From: Candidatus Wolfebacteria bacterium
GTDB taxonomy: Bacteria; Patescibacteriota; Minisyncoccia; Phycocordibacterales; EsbW-18
Reading direction: 5' to 3'
Assembly (NCBI GenBank): GCA_022616195.1
Contig: JAKEFG010000001.1
Coordinates: 1 to 58,843, forward strand
Length of the DNA stretch: 58,843 nt
Both the position numbers and the translations under genes were made by a program. The notes beneath the pieces are model-generated. The model did not search any database. It saw nothing but the letters and a program-made list of their open reading frames with translations, and was not told the DNA's origin. This document shows, piece by piece, positions 1 to 10,186 of the stretch. Each line of letters starts with the position of its first letter. Within the stretch, counting starts at the first letter, position 1.

Positions 1-126
1 ACCACTGTCACTGACGACACGCTTCGTTCTGCGGAACGGTATCTGAACGAAGTTCCTCGTCAATGTCTTGGCTTTCGGACGGCGACGGAAGTATTATTAA
101 CGGAGCACGCTAACCGAGTGTCCTAG
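1..126 (+). mobile_element. 3' end of IS30-family transposase (partial, runs off window start)
   Basis: Frame 1 reads ...SAERYLNEVPRQCLGFRTATEVLL...*, matching the IS30 C-terminal LNxRPRKxLGxxTPxE motif. The right terminal IR probably lies at about 118-143; its partner is outside the window. Confidence 0.7.
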
Positions 127-248
127 TTGGTGGGTACCTTGAGGTCTGGTTTTCTGCTTCTAATTATACTCCAAAAACAATCTAAAGTCAAGTCATGCTC
201 TGTGCCTCGCCGTAGAGCGGCTCAACTGGTACACTATAAGCACGTGTT

Positions 249-1928
249 ATGATTCAATTTGATGAAGACAAGCAGCGCAGTAAGCTGGCACAGCTTCGTG
301 CTGAAGAAGAAGAGGAGCTGGTACAGATCCTCGCAAAGAAAAACGAGCTTTCATATACTGACCTCACCACAACACCGATAAATACCGACGCGCTGCGGCT
401 CATCCGCGAGAAGGACGCGCGGCAAGCACAAGTTGCCGCGTTTGATGTTGTCGGCAAGACGGTTTCAATCGCGACGCGAGCTCCCACATCAACCAAAGTT
501 CAAGAAGTGCTCTCCGGGCTCACGGAACGAGGATACCAGTCAACAATTTTCATGACTTCGGAACGAAGTCTGGAGTCCGCGTGGACGCGCTACGCCGACC
601 TCTCGTATGCACGCGAGAGCAAGGCCGGGGCGCTCGACGTCTCCAACGCGGAAATCAAAGAGTTCTTGGATAAAGCACACGGCCTCGATGACGTAAAAAA
701 ATTCATTGAGGAGACGCTCCGCCTCAAACGAGCCTCGCGTATCTCGCGCATCGTGGAGGTGTTTGTTGGTGCAGCACTTGCGACCAATGCCTCGGACATA
801 CACATCGAGCCGGAGGAGGAGGGTATCCGACTCCGCTTGCGGCTCGACGGCATCCTCACCGATGTAAGCCAATTCAATGAGGACACATACAGTCTCCTAC
901 TATCACGCATCAAGCTGCTCTCTGGGCTGAAGCTTAATATCAAGAACGAGGCTCAGGACGGGCGTTTCAGTATTGAACTCGACGAGAGCGAGATTGAGGT
1001 GCGTACCTCAGTCATCCCCGGACAGTACGGCGAATCAATCGTTATGCGCATCCTGGACCCGAATGCGTTTCTCGTTGATGTTGACCACCTTGGTATTGAT
1101 AGCGACCTCCTCGACATCATCAAGGAAGAAATAGGAAGGCCGAATGGTATGGTGCTTGCTACGGGTCCAACCGGCTCTGGGAAAACAACAACGCTCTACG
1201 CATTTCTCCGCCATATCCACAAGCCATCGATAAAAATCATCACCATTGAGGACCCGATTGAGTATCATCTCAAAGGCGTCGTCCAGACGCAGGTTGACCG
1301 CGCCGAGAAGTATTCCTTCTCGTCAGGACTACGTGCCATTGTGCGGCAGGATCCCGACGTTATTCTCGTCGGTGAAATCCGTGACCGTGATACCGCAGAG
1401 GTCGCCGTACACGCCGCGCTTACCGGGCACCTTGTACTTTCCACACTCCACACCAACAACGCCGCGGGCACATTTCCACGTTTGATCGATCTTGGTGTTG
1501 GCTCGGACGTTATCGGTTCCGCAATGAACCTTGCCCTGGCAGAACGGCTTGTGCGAAAACTTTGCGATGAGTGCAAAGAAGAGGTGCCCGTCGAAGGGCC
1601 GGTGCATGAGCGCATCACAGAAGTGCTCGAGAGTGTTGTTCACAAAGAAAAGATCCGCGGTGTGGAGCGCGGGCGTATGTGGGTCGCAAAGGGGTGTGAC
1701 GCATGTGGCGGCACTGGATACAAGGGGCGTATCGGTATCTTCGAGGGTATCCGTATGAACGAGGCCATCGAAAACGCGGTGCGCAGCAACTCCAGTGAAC
1801 ATGAGATACGCGAAGCAGCAGCACCACAAGGACTCCTCACTATGCCGCAGGACGGTGTTCTCAAGGTGCTTCGCGGCATCACCTCATTCGAAGAACTCAT
1901 CCGGGTGATTGACCTTACAGAAAAGTGA
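249..1928 (+). CDS. pilB: GspE/PilB-family type IV pilus assembly ATPase
   Basis: ASDIHIEP, GPTGSGKTTT Walker A, TIEDPIEY, RQDPDVILVGEIRD, LTGHLVLSTLHTN, two CxxC pairs. Confidence 0.9.
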   Translation: MIQFDEDKQRSKLAQLRAEEEEELVQILAKKNELSYTDLTTTPINTDALRLIREKDARQAQVAAFDVVGKTVSIATRAPTSTKVQEVLSGLTERGYQSTIFMTSERSLESAWTRYADLSYARESKAGALDVSNAEIKEFLDKAHGLDDVKKFIEETLRLKRASRISRIVEVFVGAALATNASDIHIEPEEEGIRLRLRLDGILTDVSQFNEDTYSLLLSRIKLLSGLKLNIKNEAQDGRFSIELDESEIEVRTSVIPGQYGESIVMRILDPNAFLVDVDHLGIDSDLLDIIKEEIGRPNGMVLATGPTGSGKTTTLYAFLRHIHKPSIKIITIEDPIEYHLKGVVQTQVDRAEKYSFSSGLRAIVRQDPDVILVGEIRDRDTAEVAVHAALTGHLVLSTLHTNNAAGTFPRLIDLGVGSDVIGSAMNLALAERLVRKLCDECKEEVPVEGPVHERITEVLESVVHKEKIRGVERGRMWVAKGCDACGGTGYKGRIGIFEGIRMNEAIENAVRSNSSEHEIREAAAPQGLLTMPQDGVLKVLRGITSFEELIRVIDLTEK

Positions 1929-2089
1929 GTCAGCGATTGCTACAATACAAAACGAAATAGCACCGCCGCAACTATGCAGGGGCGCAAAAATATGCTTAGG
2001 TAAGGAGAGGTGGGTGCAGAAATAAAACATCCAGCCCAGAAGCCTCTAAGCAACCCGACTGAGAGTGTGTTAAGGATACTGCTCGCAGC

Positions 2090-2123
2090 CCCCTCATTGT
2101 ATCCCTAGGGATACAATGAGGGG
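2090..2123. repeat. Perfect 34-bp palindrome
   Basis: CCCCTCATTGTATCCCT|AGGGATACAATGAGGGG. Confidence 0.9.
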
Positions 2124-2246
2124 AAAACCAGCAAGGTCCTCACTCACCATCTCCTTGTCAAAGGCGTGCGTGTTGCTTAGAGACGTCTGAACTGGAAACA
2201 AGCTCTTACGCCAGACACAGGCAGTATATTAGCATATATAAAATAA

Positions 2247-3287
2247 ATGTCAAGTACCCCCCGTACAAAGCACAAAAAGACCCTCGGAGACACACCCGTC
2301 GGGCGAGAAGCACAGTTTCTGGACCAAACTTTACGCCCGACAACATGGAATGAATACGTCGGGCAAAAGCATATCAAGGACAATGTCGCCATTCTTCTTG
2401 CTGCGGCGCGTGGACGCGGGCACGCACCAGAACATCTTCTCTTTCACGGTCCGCCCGGGCTGGGAAAGACTACACTTGCTCACCTCATCGCGCACGAGAC
2501 GGGTGCGCAGATGCGCGCAACGTCGGGTCCTGCCATCGAACGCGTCGGCGACCTTGCCTCAATTCTCACCAACCTGTCGCCCGGTGACATCCTCTTCATT
2601 GACGAGGTGCACCGGCTCAACAAAATTATTGAGGAGGTGCTCTATCCTGCGATGGAGACCGGTGCTTTAGATATCATCATTGGCAAGGGTCCCTCAGCAC
2701 GCACTATTCAGCTTGAGTTGCCACCATTTACACTCATCGCAGCGACAACACGCATTGCGCTCCTCTCGGGACCATTGCGCTCTCGTTTCTCGGGTGGCAC
2801 CTTCAAACTCAACTACTATACCGAGGGTGAGATACAAAGTATTCTTGAGCGCTCCGCCCGACTCCTCGGCATTCCGGACGACGGCGAAGCACTTATCGAG
2901 ATAGCCAAGCGCAGCCGCGCCACACCGCGCACCGCAAACTACCTTTTGAAGCGCGCCCGTGACTTTGCACAAGTTGAAAAACTCCCATTCTCTCGTAAGA
3001 CCGTCTCTCAAGCACTTGTGCTCTTGGGTGTTGACGATGTTGGACTCTTTCCTTCAGACCGCGTGGTGATTGAGACAATTATTGACAAATTTGACGGCGG
3101 ACCGGTGGGACTCACCACGCTTGCGTCGGCAACTTCAGACGATGCTGCAACCATCGAAGAGGTGTACGAACCGTATCTGATGCAACTCGGGTTTCTTGAG
3201 CGCACGCCGCGTGGGCGCATCGTTACCAAACGCGGCTACAAACACCTCGGCAAGCGTACCCTCAACGCGCAAGAGAAACTTTTATAA
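2247..3287 (+). CDS. ruvB: Holliday junction branch-migration helicase RuvB
   Basis: LRP..EYVGQ, GPPGLGKTTLA, LFIDEVHRL, EEVLYPAME, EPYLMQLGFLERTPRGR. Confidence 0.97.
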   Translation: MSSTPRTKHKKTLGDTPVGREAQFLDQTLRPTTWNEYVGQKHIKDNVAILLAAARGRGHAPEHLLFHGPPGLGKTTLAHLIAHETGAQMRATSGPAIERVGDLASILTNLSPGDILFIDEVHRLNKIIEEVLYPAMETGALDIIIGKGPSARTIQLELPPFTLIAATTRIALLSGPLRSRFSGGTFKLNYYTEGEIQSILERSARLLGIPDDGEALIEIAKRSRATPRTANYLLKRARDFAQVEKLPFSRKTVSQALVLLGVDDVGLFPSDRVVIETIIDKFDGGPVGLTTLASATSDDAATIEEVYEPYLMQLGFLERTPRGRIVTKRGYKHLGKRTLNAQEKLL

Positions 3288-3292
3288 CAACC

Positions 3293-4222
3293 ATGGCGAC
3301 TTTTGACGACAACGACAAGCTGCGCACAGAGGCGGAAGAAGACACCCGCGCCGCCAAGGAACGGGAGCGTATTCGCGAGGAGCGCAAAAAGCGTTCGGAG
3401 CGGGAACGACTTGAGCGTGAACTTGAGCAGGTAAAGCGTGAATTGGAGCGTGAGGAAAAAACCGTTACGTCCCTAACCGGAGAGCTCAACGAGCTTGAAG
3501 ACGCGCTTGAAACAGAGAAGCGGGCAAGCGGCGTTGCGGCTCGCCGCGACACGGGCACGGACCGGGACGCGGACGAACTCGAGAAAAAACAAGGGGAACT
3601 CTTCAAGCTCAAGAACAAGCAGGGGACCGCGGCAAGCCACCTGAAAACGCTTGAGCGGGAGCTTCCGAAACTCGCCGACCGGGAAAAGGGCGTCGCGGTT
3701 CGCGCGGAACGCGAGGAAAAAGAACTCGCGGCCCTACGGGAAACGGAGTCCGCGCTCCTCCGCGACGAGGAAGAAACCAAACAAGCTATCGCCGAGCTCA
3801 AGCGGCAGCTTGCCGAACGCGAAATCAATTTGAGAGATCTGGAAACGAAACTCGGGGACGCGCGGAAGAAAGAAAAAGCGCACGAGGAAATACTGCGGCA
3901 TACGGAGGACGAGCGCGAAACGGGCGAGGATAGCGCGGAACGGAAAGTCGAGACGGAGCGTCTCAAGCATGATATGCAAACGATGGAGGAGACAAAAAAG
4001 CGCCTTGAGCGGGAGGTCGCCGAACTCAAGAAAAAAGTCGAGGAGCGGGAGGAAGAGCGACAGGAAGTGGTGCGAGGAGCGGCACGTGCCGATGAGGAGC
4101 GCCGCCTGCACATTCGCCAGCGGGAAGAGCGCGAGCGCAAGCTTCAAATTGCGAACCAAAACGTTGTGCGCCTCACAGAACACATCAAAAGACTGGAGAG
4201 AAAAATACAAGGAGCAGTATGA
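3293..4222 (+). CDS. Long E/K/R-rich coiled-coil protein, function unknown
   Basis: 309-aa ORF starting 5 nt after ruvB, highly charged heptad-like sequence. Confidence 0.75.
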   Translation: MATFDDNDKLRTEAEEDTRAAKERERIREERKKRSERERLERELEQVKRELEREEKTVTSLTGELNELEDALETEKRASGVAARRDTGTDRDADELEKKQGELFKLKNKQGTAASHLKTLERELPKLADREKGVAVRAEREEKELAALRETESALLRDEEETKQAIAELKRQLAEREINLRDLETKLGDARKKEKAHEEILRHTEDERETGEDSAERKVETERLKHDMQTMEETKKRLEREVAELKKKVEEREEERQEVVRGAARADEERRLHIRQREERERKLQIANQNVVRLTEHIKRLERKIQGAV

Positions 4223-4306
4223 AATATATGTGTGCCGCAAGAACTCTTCACATGAGTCGTAGGGCACTGCTTGATATGCGATACGGGATGCGCGATACTA
4301 ACGCTC

Positions 4307-4840
4307 ATGAGCGGACACTCCAAATGGTCTAAGGTTAAACATAAGAAAGCGGTAACGGATGCAAAGAAGAGCCGCGAGTTCAGTAAACTCGTGCGGCTCA
4401 TCAAAGCGGAGGCACGGCAGACAGGCGGCGATATAAACAGTCCAAAGTTGAAGGCGGTAGTTGAGAAAGCAAAAGCCGTCAACATGCCCAAAGATAACAT
4501 TGAACGGGCGGTACGAAGCGCGACCGACACCAGCGGCGAGAGCTATGATGCGGCCACATATGAAGCGTATGGTCCCGGCGGCGCCGCAATGATTATTGAG
4601 ATACTCACAGACAACCGCAATCGCGCGGCGGCGGAGATAAAACATATTTTTTCCAAGCGCGGACTCGCTATTGCCTCGCCAGGGGCTGCAAGCTGGGTAT
4701 TTTCCAAAGACGAGCGTGGCGAGTGGCGACCAAAACAAACGCTCACTCTCAATAACCCAGACCGCACGAGTTTGAACGAGCTTATTGAGGAGCTTGAAAA
4801 CAACGACGATGTACAGAATGTATTCACTAACGCCGCCTAG
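4307..4840 (+). CDS. yebC: YebC/PmpR family protein (short form)
   Basis: MSGHSKW start, NMPKDNIERA, YEAYGPGG, TDNRNR, DDVQNVFTN. Confidence 0.95.
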   Translation: MSGHSKWSKVKHKKAVTDAKKSREFSKLVRLIKAEARQTGGDINSPKLKAVVEKAKAVNMPKDNIERAVRSATDTSGESYDAATYEAYGPGGAAMIIEILTDNRNRAAAEIKHIFSKRGLAIASPGAASWVFSKDERGEWRPKQTLTLNNPDRTSLNELIEELENNDDVQNVFTNAA

Positions 4841-4842
4841 AT

Positions 4843-5322
4843 ATGCGCGTCATCGGCATTGATCCAGGATATGACCGTCTTGGTGTCGCCGTTGTGGAAC
4901 GGAGGGGCGAGAAAAATCACGTGTTGTTCTCAACTTGTCTTGAGGCGTCGCGCTCGCTTTCTTTCTCCGAGCGCATCAGAACGGGCGCCGCAGGTGTGGC
5001 AGACATTGTTACAAAATACCGACCGACCGCGGCGGCGATAGAAAAAACATTTTTTAGCAAAAATCAGAAGACAGCCATCGCCGTCTCCGAAGCGCGCGGT
5101 GCAATTCTTTACGTCCTCGCCAACGCGGAGGTGCCGATAACCGAATACACACCGCAGGAGGTAAAAATTGCGGTCACTGGATACGGCAAGAGCGGCAAAG
5201 ACCATGTCGCTGACATGGTGTCGCGACTCACTGTACTCGACGACGCGACGCGACGCGACGACGAGTTTGACGCCGTGGCAATTGCCCTCACCCACCTGGC
5301 AAGTACCAAAGACTTCTCCTAG
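4843..5322 (+). CDS. ruvC: Holliday junction resolvase RuvC
   Basis: IGIDPG, EARG, EYTPQEVKIAVTGYG, DDEFDAVAIALTH. Confidence 0.96.
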   Translation: MRVIGIDPGYDRLGVAVVERRGEKNHVLFSTCLEASRSLSFSERIRTGAAGVADIVTKYRPTAAAIEKTFFSKNQKTAIAVSEARGAILYVLANAEVPITEYTPQEVKIAVTGYGKSGKDHVADMVSRLTVLDDATRRDDEFDAVAIALTHLASTKDFS

Positions 5323-5337
5323 TGGCTCTGTAGAGCG

Positions 5338-5391
5338 TTATCCACAGCATGCCGGTGAGACCCTTGACAGGTTTGGTGGGTTTGTTAAAAA
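5338..5391 (+). promoter_or_regulatory. Perfect DnaA box next to a probable sigma70 promoter
   Basis: TTATCCACA at 5338-5346; TTGACA at 5364-5369; weak -10 (TGTTAAAAA) at about 5383-5391. Confidence 0.5.
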
Positions 5392-5470
5392 TATCTGCGT
5401 CCGCAAATCAGTATTGCTGATTGGGCGGGCACTAGGTCGCATTTACGTGACTAATCACAGAACTCACACA

Positions 5471-5611
5471 ATGGATCTCGCAAGTTTGGATCTTGATTTC
5501 CTCGCAATGTCAGAAGATGAGGAAGACCTCCCCGAAATAGAAGACGGCGAAGAACAGGGGGGTACGAGCGACGACGTAGTCGGCGCGGACGAAGAGGAAG
5601 AGGAAATGTAG
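5471..5611 (+). CDS. 46-aa extremely acidic small protein
   Basis: MDLASLDLDFLAMSEDEEDLPEIEDGEEQGGTSDDVVGADEEEEEM, lying between a promoter and a terminator. Confidence 0.6.
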   Translation: MDLASLDLDFLAMSEDEEDLPEIEDGEEQGGTSDDVVGADEEEEEM

Positions 5612-5622
5612 ATCCGGAATCG

Positions 5623-5665
5623 GAATAAGAAATACCCCACACAATGTGTGGGGTATTTCTTATTC
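5623..5665. terminator. Strong hairpin between convergent genes
   Basis: GAATAAGAAATACCCCACACA-A-TGTGTGGGGTATTTCTTATTC, overlapping the tyrS stop codon. Confidence 0.75.
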
Positions 5666-6862
5666 TGGAACAATCCTCACAAACCGTCGTTTGCCGACTT
5701 TGAGCGTCAAAGGTTCCTGTATACTATGCGAGTCATCGGTTATTGGGCTGTCAGCATCCGTGTTGTGTATAGCCCTCTGTTTCACAAGCCGCCGAAACTC
5801 AGATTTTGACTCCACAACTCCGTTTCCAACAAGAACATTCGCAAGTGTTACCCCCCTCGGCACCCGGAGTTCCTGAATACCCTCCGGAATATTGCCTTCC
5901 GAAAACGTTTTAATGAAGTCCTCCTTTGCTCGACGAGTCCCGTCCTCGCCGTGGTACATCCGAACAATCTCTCCGGCAAGAGCCATTTTTGCCTCTTTTG
6001 GGTGTAGGGCGAGAATCTCCTCTTGTCGGGGCGCGGAAAAATCCGTACAAACGTCAAGATAGATTGGTACAAGATTGTCGCGCATCGACATAAGCTTTCC
6101 GAACATTTGTGTTGGGGTGTCAGTAATGTAGACACAGTTTCCAAACGATTTACTCATCTTTCGGCCATCGGTACCTTCAATGAGACGTGTTGTTAATACG
6201 AACTTGTCACGCCCGCCAAATGCCGCTTGAAGATGACGGCCGGCAAGCATGTTGAACTCTTGGTCTGACCCACCAAGCTCAGCGTCTACATCAAGCACAA
6301 CTGAGTCGTACCCGACCATAAGAGGGTACAGGAACTCATGGAGCCGTATTGGTTTTCCGTCACGCATGCGTCTTTCAAACATGTCACGTTGGAGCATTTG
6401 CTGGACAGTAAATTTGCTCGCGAGTGAAACTATCTTTTCGAAATCGACAGTATCGAGCCACTCGTGATTGTAGCGGACCTCAACACGTGAAAAGTCCAAA
6501 ACCTTCTCGGCTTGTCTCCTATAGCCTTTAAAGTTCTCTCTAACCTCCTCTCGGGAAAGCTGTGTACGTTCGGCGTCTCGGTCAGTTGGATCGCCAATCA
6601 TCGCTGTAAAACTTCCTACAACAAAAATAATGTGGTGCCCCAATTCGGAGAATTGTTTGAGCTTCCGCAGCGGCACCGTGTGTCCGAGGTGAAGCTTTGC
6701 ACTGTTTGGGTCAATACCAAAGTAAACCCTAAGCTGTTCGCCGGACGAAAGTTTCTTAAGTGCCAATTCGCGCGGAATGACGTTTTCAACCCCACGAGTA
6801 AGCACCTCGCCTATCCTTCTTGGGTCGGTCACCACGTCGTGTTTCCCTCTAAAACCAAACAT
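5660..6862 (-). CDS. tyrS: Tyrosyl-tRNA synthetase
   Basis: GIDP, HLGH, GGSDQEFN, KMSKS, C-terminal S4 domain. Start set at MFGFRGK after TGCTACACT. Confidence 0.97.
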   Translation of the reverse strand: MFGFRGKHDVVTDPRRIGEVLTRGVENVIPRELALKKLSSGEQLRVYFGIDPNSAKLHLGHTVPLRKLKQFSELGHHIIFVVGSFTAMIGDPTDRDAERTQLSREEVRENFKGYRRQAEKVLDFSRVEVRYNHEWLDTVDFEKIVSLASKFTVQQMLQRDMFERRMRDGKPIRLHEFLYPLMVGYDSVVLDVDAELGGSDQEFNMLAGRHLQAAFGGRDKFVLTTRLIEGTDGRKMSKSFGNCVYITDTPTQMFGKLMSMRDNLVPIYLDVCTDFSAPRQEEILALHPKEAKMALAGEIVRMYHGEDGTRRAKEDFIKTFSEGNIPEGIQELRVPRGVTLANVLVGNGVVESKSEFRRLVKQRAIHNTDADSPITDDSHSIQEPLTLKVGKRRFVRIVPE

Positions 6863-6905
6863 GTGTTTAGTGTAGCATCCTCTCTGTGGTATCATAACCC
6901 CGCGC

Positions 6906-9089
6906 ATGATACACACACGAAGATTCTCACTGCGGCGTTTTATCACCCGCCACACGATTACAACCATCATTGCCCTCGGTATGGTGCTCGCTGGTATGCT
7001 CGTACTGTGGGCAGCAACACTTCAAATCCCCGACCTTGACACATTCGAGGAGCGAATCGTCCGGCAGTCAACAAAGATATACGATCGCACCGGCAAAATT
7101 CTCCTGTTTGATGTTCATGAGAACGTTCAGCGGACGGTTGTGCCGCTCTCTGATATTGCCCCGGTCATGCGCAACGCAACAGTTGCTATTGAGGATGCCG
7201 AATTCTATGAGCACCGTGGCATCAAACCAACCGCCATCATTCGCGCAACACTCGCAAATCTCGCGTCACTCACGTTTGAACAGGGTGGCTCCACCATCAC
7301 CCAGCAGGTGGTAAAGAATGCCATCTTAACCCAAGACAAAACTATTTCCAGAAAACTCAAAGAGTGGGCGCTTTCACTTAAGTTGGAGCAAGTGCTCTCC
7401 AAAGAACAAATACTTGAAATATATCTCAATGAAACGCCGTACGGCGGCAACCTCTATGGTGTGGAGGAGGCAAGCGGGGCATTCTTTGATAAAAGGGCGG
7501 GGGATCTCTCACTTGCTGAGTCGGCGTACCTCGCTGCGCTTCCCCAAGCACCAACATATTACTCGCCATACGGAGAAAACCGTGAGGCACTTGAGGAGAG
7601 AAAAAACCTTGTCTTGAAACGAATGCTTGAGAACGGCTTCATATCCAAAGAGGAGTATGACGTGGCGGCTGTTGAGCGAGTGATGTTCCAGCCCCGACCA
7701 GACCAGCGGCTGAAGGCGCCTCACTTTGTCATGTTCGTCCGTGACTACTTGGAGAAAAAGTATGGGGAGCGAGCCATTGAGGAGAGTGGCTTACGGGTAA
7801 TTACCACGCTCGACTATTCTCTGGAGGAACAAGCGGAGGAAATCGTAAAGCGACACGCGCTCCAAAACGAGAAGGTGTTTAACGCACAGAACGCGGCTCT
7901 TGTCGCTGTTGACCCGAAGACTGGGCAGATACTCACCATGGTTGGTTCACGAGACTATTTTGACACCGAAATTCCTGGGCAGTTCAACGTGACCACAAGT
8001 CACCGTCAGCCTGGCTCGGCATTCAAACCGTTTGTATACGCAACAGCACTTAAAAAGGGCTACACCCCCGAGACGGTCGTTTTTGACCTTGAGACACAGT
8101 TCTCAACCTCGTGCGCGCCAGACAGCACATCAACAAGCTATCCCTGCTACCGACCACAAAACTACGACTTGGTGACTCGTGGCCCGGTAACATTCCGCAA
8201 CGCACTTGCCCAGTCCATCAACATACCATCAGTCAAGGTGCTTTACCTCTCCGGACTTGATGCTTCACTCCAGACCGCCCGCGACATGGGTATCACAAGC
8301 TTAACTCACCGCGACCAGTATGGGCTCACTCTCGTGCTTGGTGGCGGCGAAGTATCCCCACTTGAAATGGCAAGCGCATACAGTGTGTTCGGAAACGACG
8401 GTATACGGAATCATTACACAGCGATTCTTCGAATAGAAGATCGTGCGGGTAATGTTCTTGAGGAGTTCAAACCCAGTCCGACTCGAGCACTCGACGAACA
8501 AGTCGCGCGGCAGATTTCTGACATACTTTCTGACAATGACGCTAGGGCGCCGGCGTTCGGCCCTCAAAGCTATCTTTATTTCCCCAACCGCGAAGTCGCG
8601 GTCAAAACAGGGACCACAAACGACTACCGTGATGCGTGGATTGTTGGTTACACCCCCTCACTCGCCGTCGCTGCGTGGGCAGGAAACAATGACAACTCAC
8701 CAATGGAGAAGAAAGTTGCGGGGTTCATCGTCGCCCCGCTTTGGAACGAGTTTATGCAAACAGCTCTTGCAACAACACCGGATGAGTCGTTCAGAAAACC
8801 CCGTGCCGAAACGGAAGATTTAAAACCAATCCTCCGTGGTATTTGGAGAGGTGGGGAAGCCTATCCCGTCAACACCAAAACAAGAAGACGTGTAACTGAA
8901 CAAACCCAGCAAGAGGACCAGAGTGAGGTGATAATACAGAACGTACACTCTATTCTCTATTGGGTTGACAAGGACGACCCGCGAGGACCAGAACCAGTAA
9001 ACCCAAACAAAGACCCGCAATTCTCTCGTTGGGAGATTCCTGTCCGTGCGTGGGCGGCGGCCAATAGATTGTTTGATCAGGACAATTAG
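6906..9089 (+). CDS. Class A penicillin-binding protein (PBP1A-like)
   Basis: AIEDAEFYEH, GGSTITQQVVKN, RKLKE, QPGSAFKP, SIN, KTGT. Confidence 0.95.
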   Translation: MIHTRRFSLRRFITRHTITTIIALGMVLAGMLVLWAATLQIPDLDTFEERIVRQSTKIYDRTGKILLFDVHENVQRTVVPLSDIAPVMRNATVAIEDAEFYEHRGIKPTAIIRATLANLASLTFEQGGSTITQQVVKNAILTQDKTISRKLKEWALSLKLEQVLSKEQILEIYLNETPYGGNLYGVEEASGAFFDKRAGDLSLAESAYLAALPQAPTYYSPYGENREALEERKNLVLKRMLENGFISKEEYDVAAVERVMFQPRPDQRLKAPHFVMFVRDYLEKKYGERAIEESGLRVITTLDYSLEEQAEEIVKRHALQNEKVFNAQNAALVAVDPKTGQILTMVGSRDYFDTEIPGQFNVTTSHRQPGSAFKPFVYATALKKGYTPETVVFDLETQFSTSCAPDSTSTSYPCYRPQNYDLVTRGPVTFRNALAQSINIPSVKVLYLSGLDASLQTARDMGITSLTHRDQYGLTLVLGGGEVSPLEMASAYSVFGNDGIRNHYTAILRIEDRAGNVLEEFKPSPTRALDEQVARQISDILSDNDARAPAFGPQSYLYFPNREVAVKTGTTNDYRDAWIVGYTPSLAVAAWAGNNDNSPMEKKVAGFIVAPLWNEFMQTALATTPDESFRKPRAETEDLKPILRGIWRGGEAYPVNTKTRRRVTEQTQQEDQSEVIIQNVHSILYWVDKDDPRGPEPVNPNKDPQFSRWEIPVRAWAAANRLFDQDN

Positions 9090-10186
9090 CGGTTCATTGG
9101 CATCACGAGGTATGTAAACGTTTTGTCGCCGACGCCCTGTATCACCAGTGGTTTTCCCTCCCCACTGAATTTAAGTGTGGTGCTGTCAGCGGTGAGCGAC
9201 TGAAAACTATCGGTGATGTATTTATGGTTGAACCCTATTGCGAGTTCCTCTCCAACAAGCGCCGCTTCGACTTTTGTGGTGTTCTCACCAATCTCGGGAT
9301 TGTTTGTTTCAACAGTAAATTGTTTTTTCTTTGGGGAGATGTTGAAAAGCACCTGATTGAACTTGTTTGAAAAAATAGTTGAGATTTTGAGTGTGTTTAC
9401 CAGGTCGTCTTTAAGAACCGTCGCCTCTGTCGTAAAACTGGTGGGGATGATCTGTTTGTAGTCGGGAAATGTTGCGTCAATAATGCGAGTGGTGAGATAT
9501 GTTTCACCGACAATAACCGACAGTTGATTCTCGCTTATTTGGAGTGTTGCGACGTCTCCTGCTTGGTCCAGCGTCCGGACAATTTCAGTAATGTTTTTAA
9601 GTGGTATGAGAAGCGGGGAAAACGAGTCGACTCCTTTGACTCTTAGCCGCTTCTCCGCAAGCCTGAATGAGTCTGTTGCTGCAAAAACAACGTCCCCGCG
9701 CTCTTCAACAACCAACACGCTTGAGAGCTCTGGCTTCATGCTTGATGGCGATGCCGCATACCACACCGCACGAAGCCCCGAGGCAAGATCTTTTGACGGA
9801 AGCGAGATTGTGTTGGTTTGTTTTGGTTTTGGAATGGTTGGAAAGTCTTCGTGTGGGAGTGTTTTAACGCGCGCCACGCTTCGTTCCGTCGCAACCTCCA
9901 AAACACCATCTTTCGTGCTAAGTACAACCGACGATGAGTTTGGGTTGTTTGCAAGAAAACTGTTCAATATGTCGCCCGGCACCGCCACCACGCCCTCATT
10001 GGTAATTTGTGCTGGGACTTGTATTTCAATACCCAAATCAAGGTTGGTTGCGCGAACGGTAAAGTTTTTCTTCTCGGCAACAAGGAGGACTGCGCGGAGA
10101 ATGGTAAGACTAAGGTTTTTCCCGGTTACTTTTTCCGCTCGAAAAACCATTTGCTCTAGTGTGTTTTTTGGTAGTGTTACGCGCAT
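9086..10186 (-). CDS. dnaN: DNA polymerase III beta clamp
   Basis: ATNLDLGI, ATDSFRLAE, FPDYKQIIP, YLVMPM; next to dnaA. Confidence 0.97.
   Translation of the reverse strand: MRVTLPKNTLEQMVFRAEKVTGKNLSLTILRAVLLVAEKKNFTVRATNLDLGIEIQVPAQITNEGVVAVPGDILNSFLANNPNSSSVVLSTKDGVLEVATERSVARVKTLPHEDFPTIPKPKQTNTISLPSKDLASGLRAVWYAASPSSMKPELSSVLVVEERGDVVFAATDSFRLAEKRLRVKGVDSFSPLLIPLKNITEIVRTLDQAGDVATLQISENQLSVIVGETYLTTRIIDATFPDYKQIIPTSFTTEATVLKDDLVNTLKISTIFSNKFNQVLFNISPKKKQFTVETNNPEIGENTTKVEAALVGEELAIGFNHKYITDSFQSLTADSTTLKFSGEGKPLVIQGVGDKTFTYLVMPMNR

Noticed and set aside
1929-2246. RNase P, tmRNA, SRP or group I/II intron identity for the structured intergenic regions
   Set aside because: Diagnostic motifs (GAGGAAAGUCC, tRNA-like ends, SRP helix-8 loop, intron P7 or domain V) not found by eye on either strand.
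3262-4140. 292-aa Ser/Arg-rich ORF and similar long antisense ORFs (e.g. 20075-21118, 56411-56992)
   Set aside because: Shadows of well-supported genes on the opposite strand.
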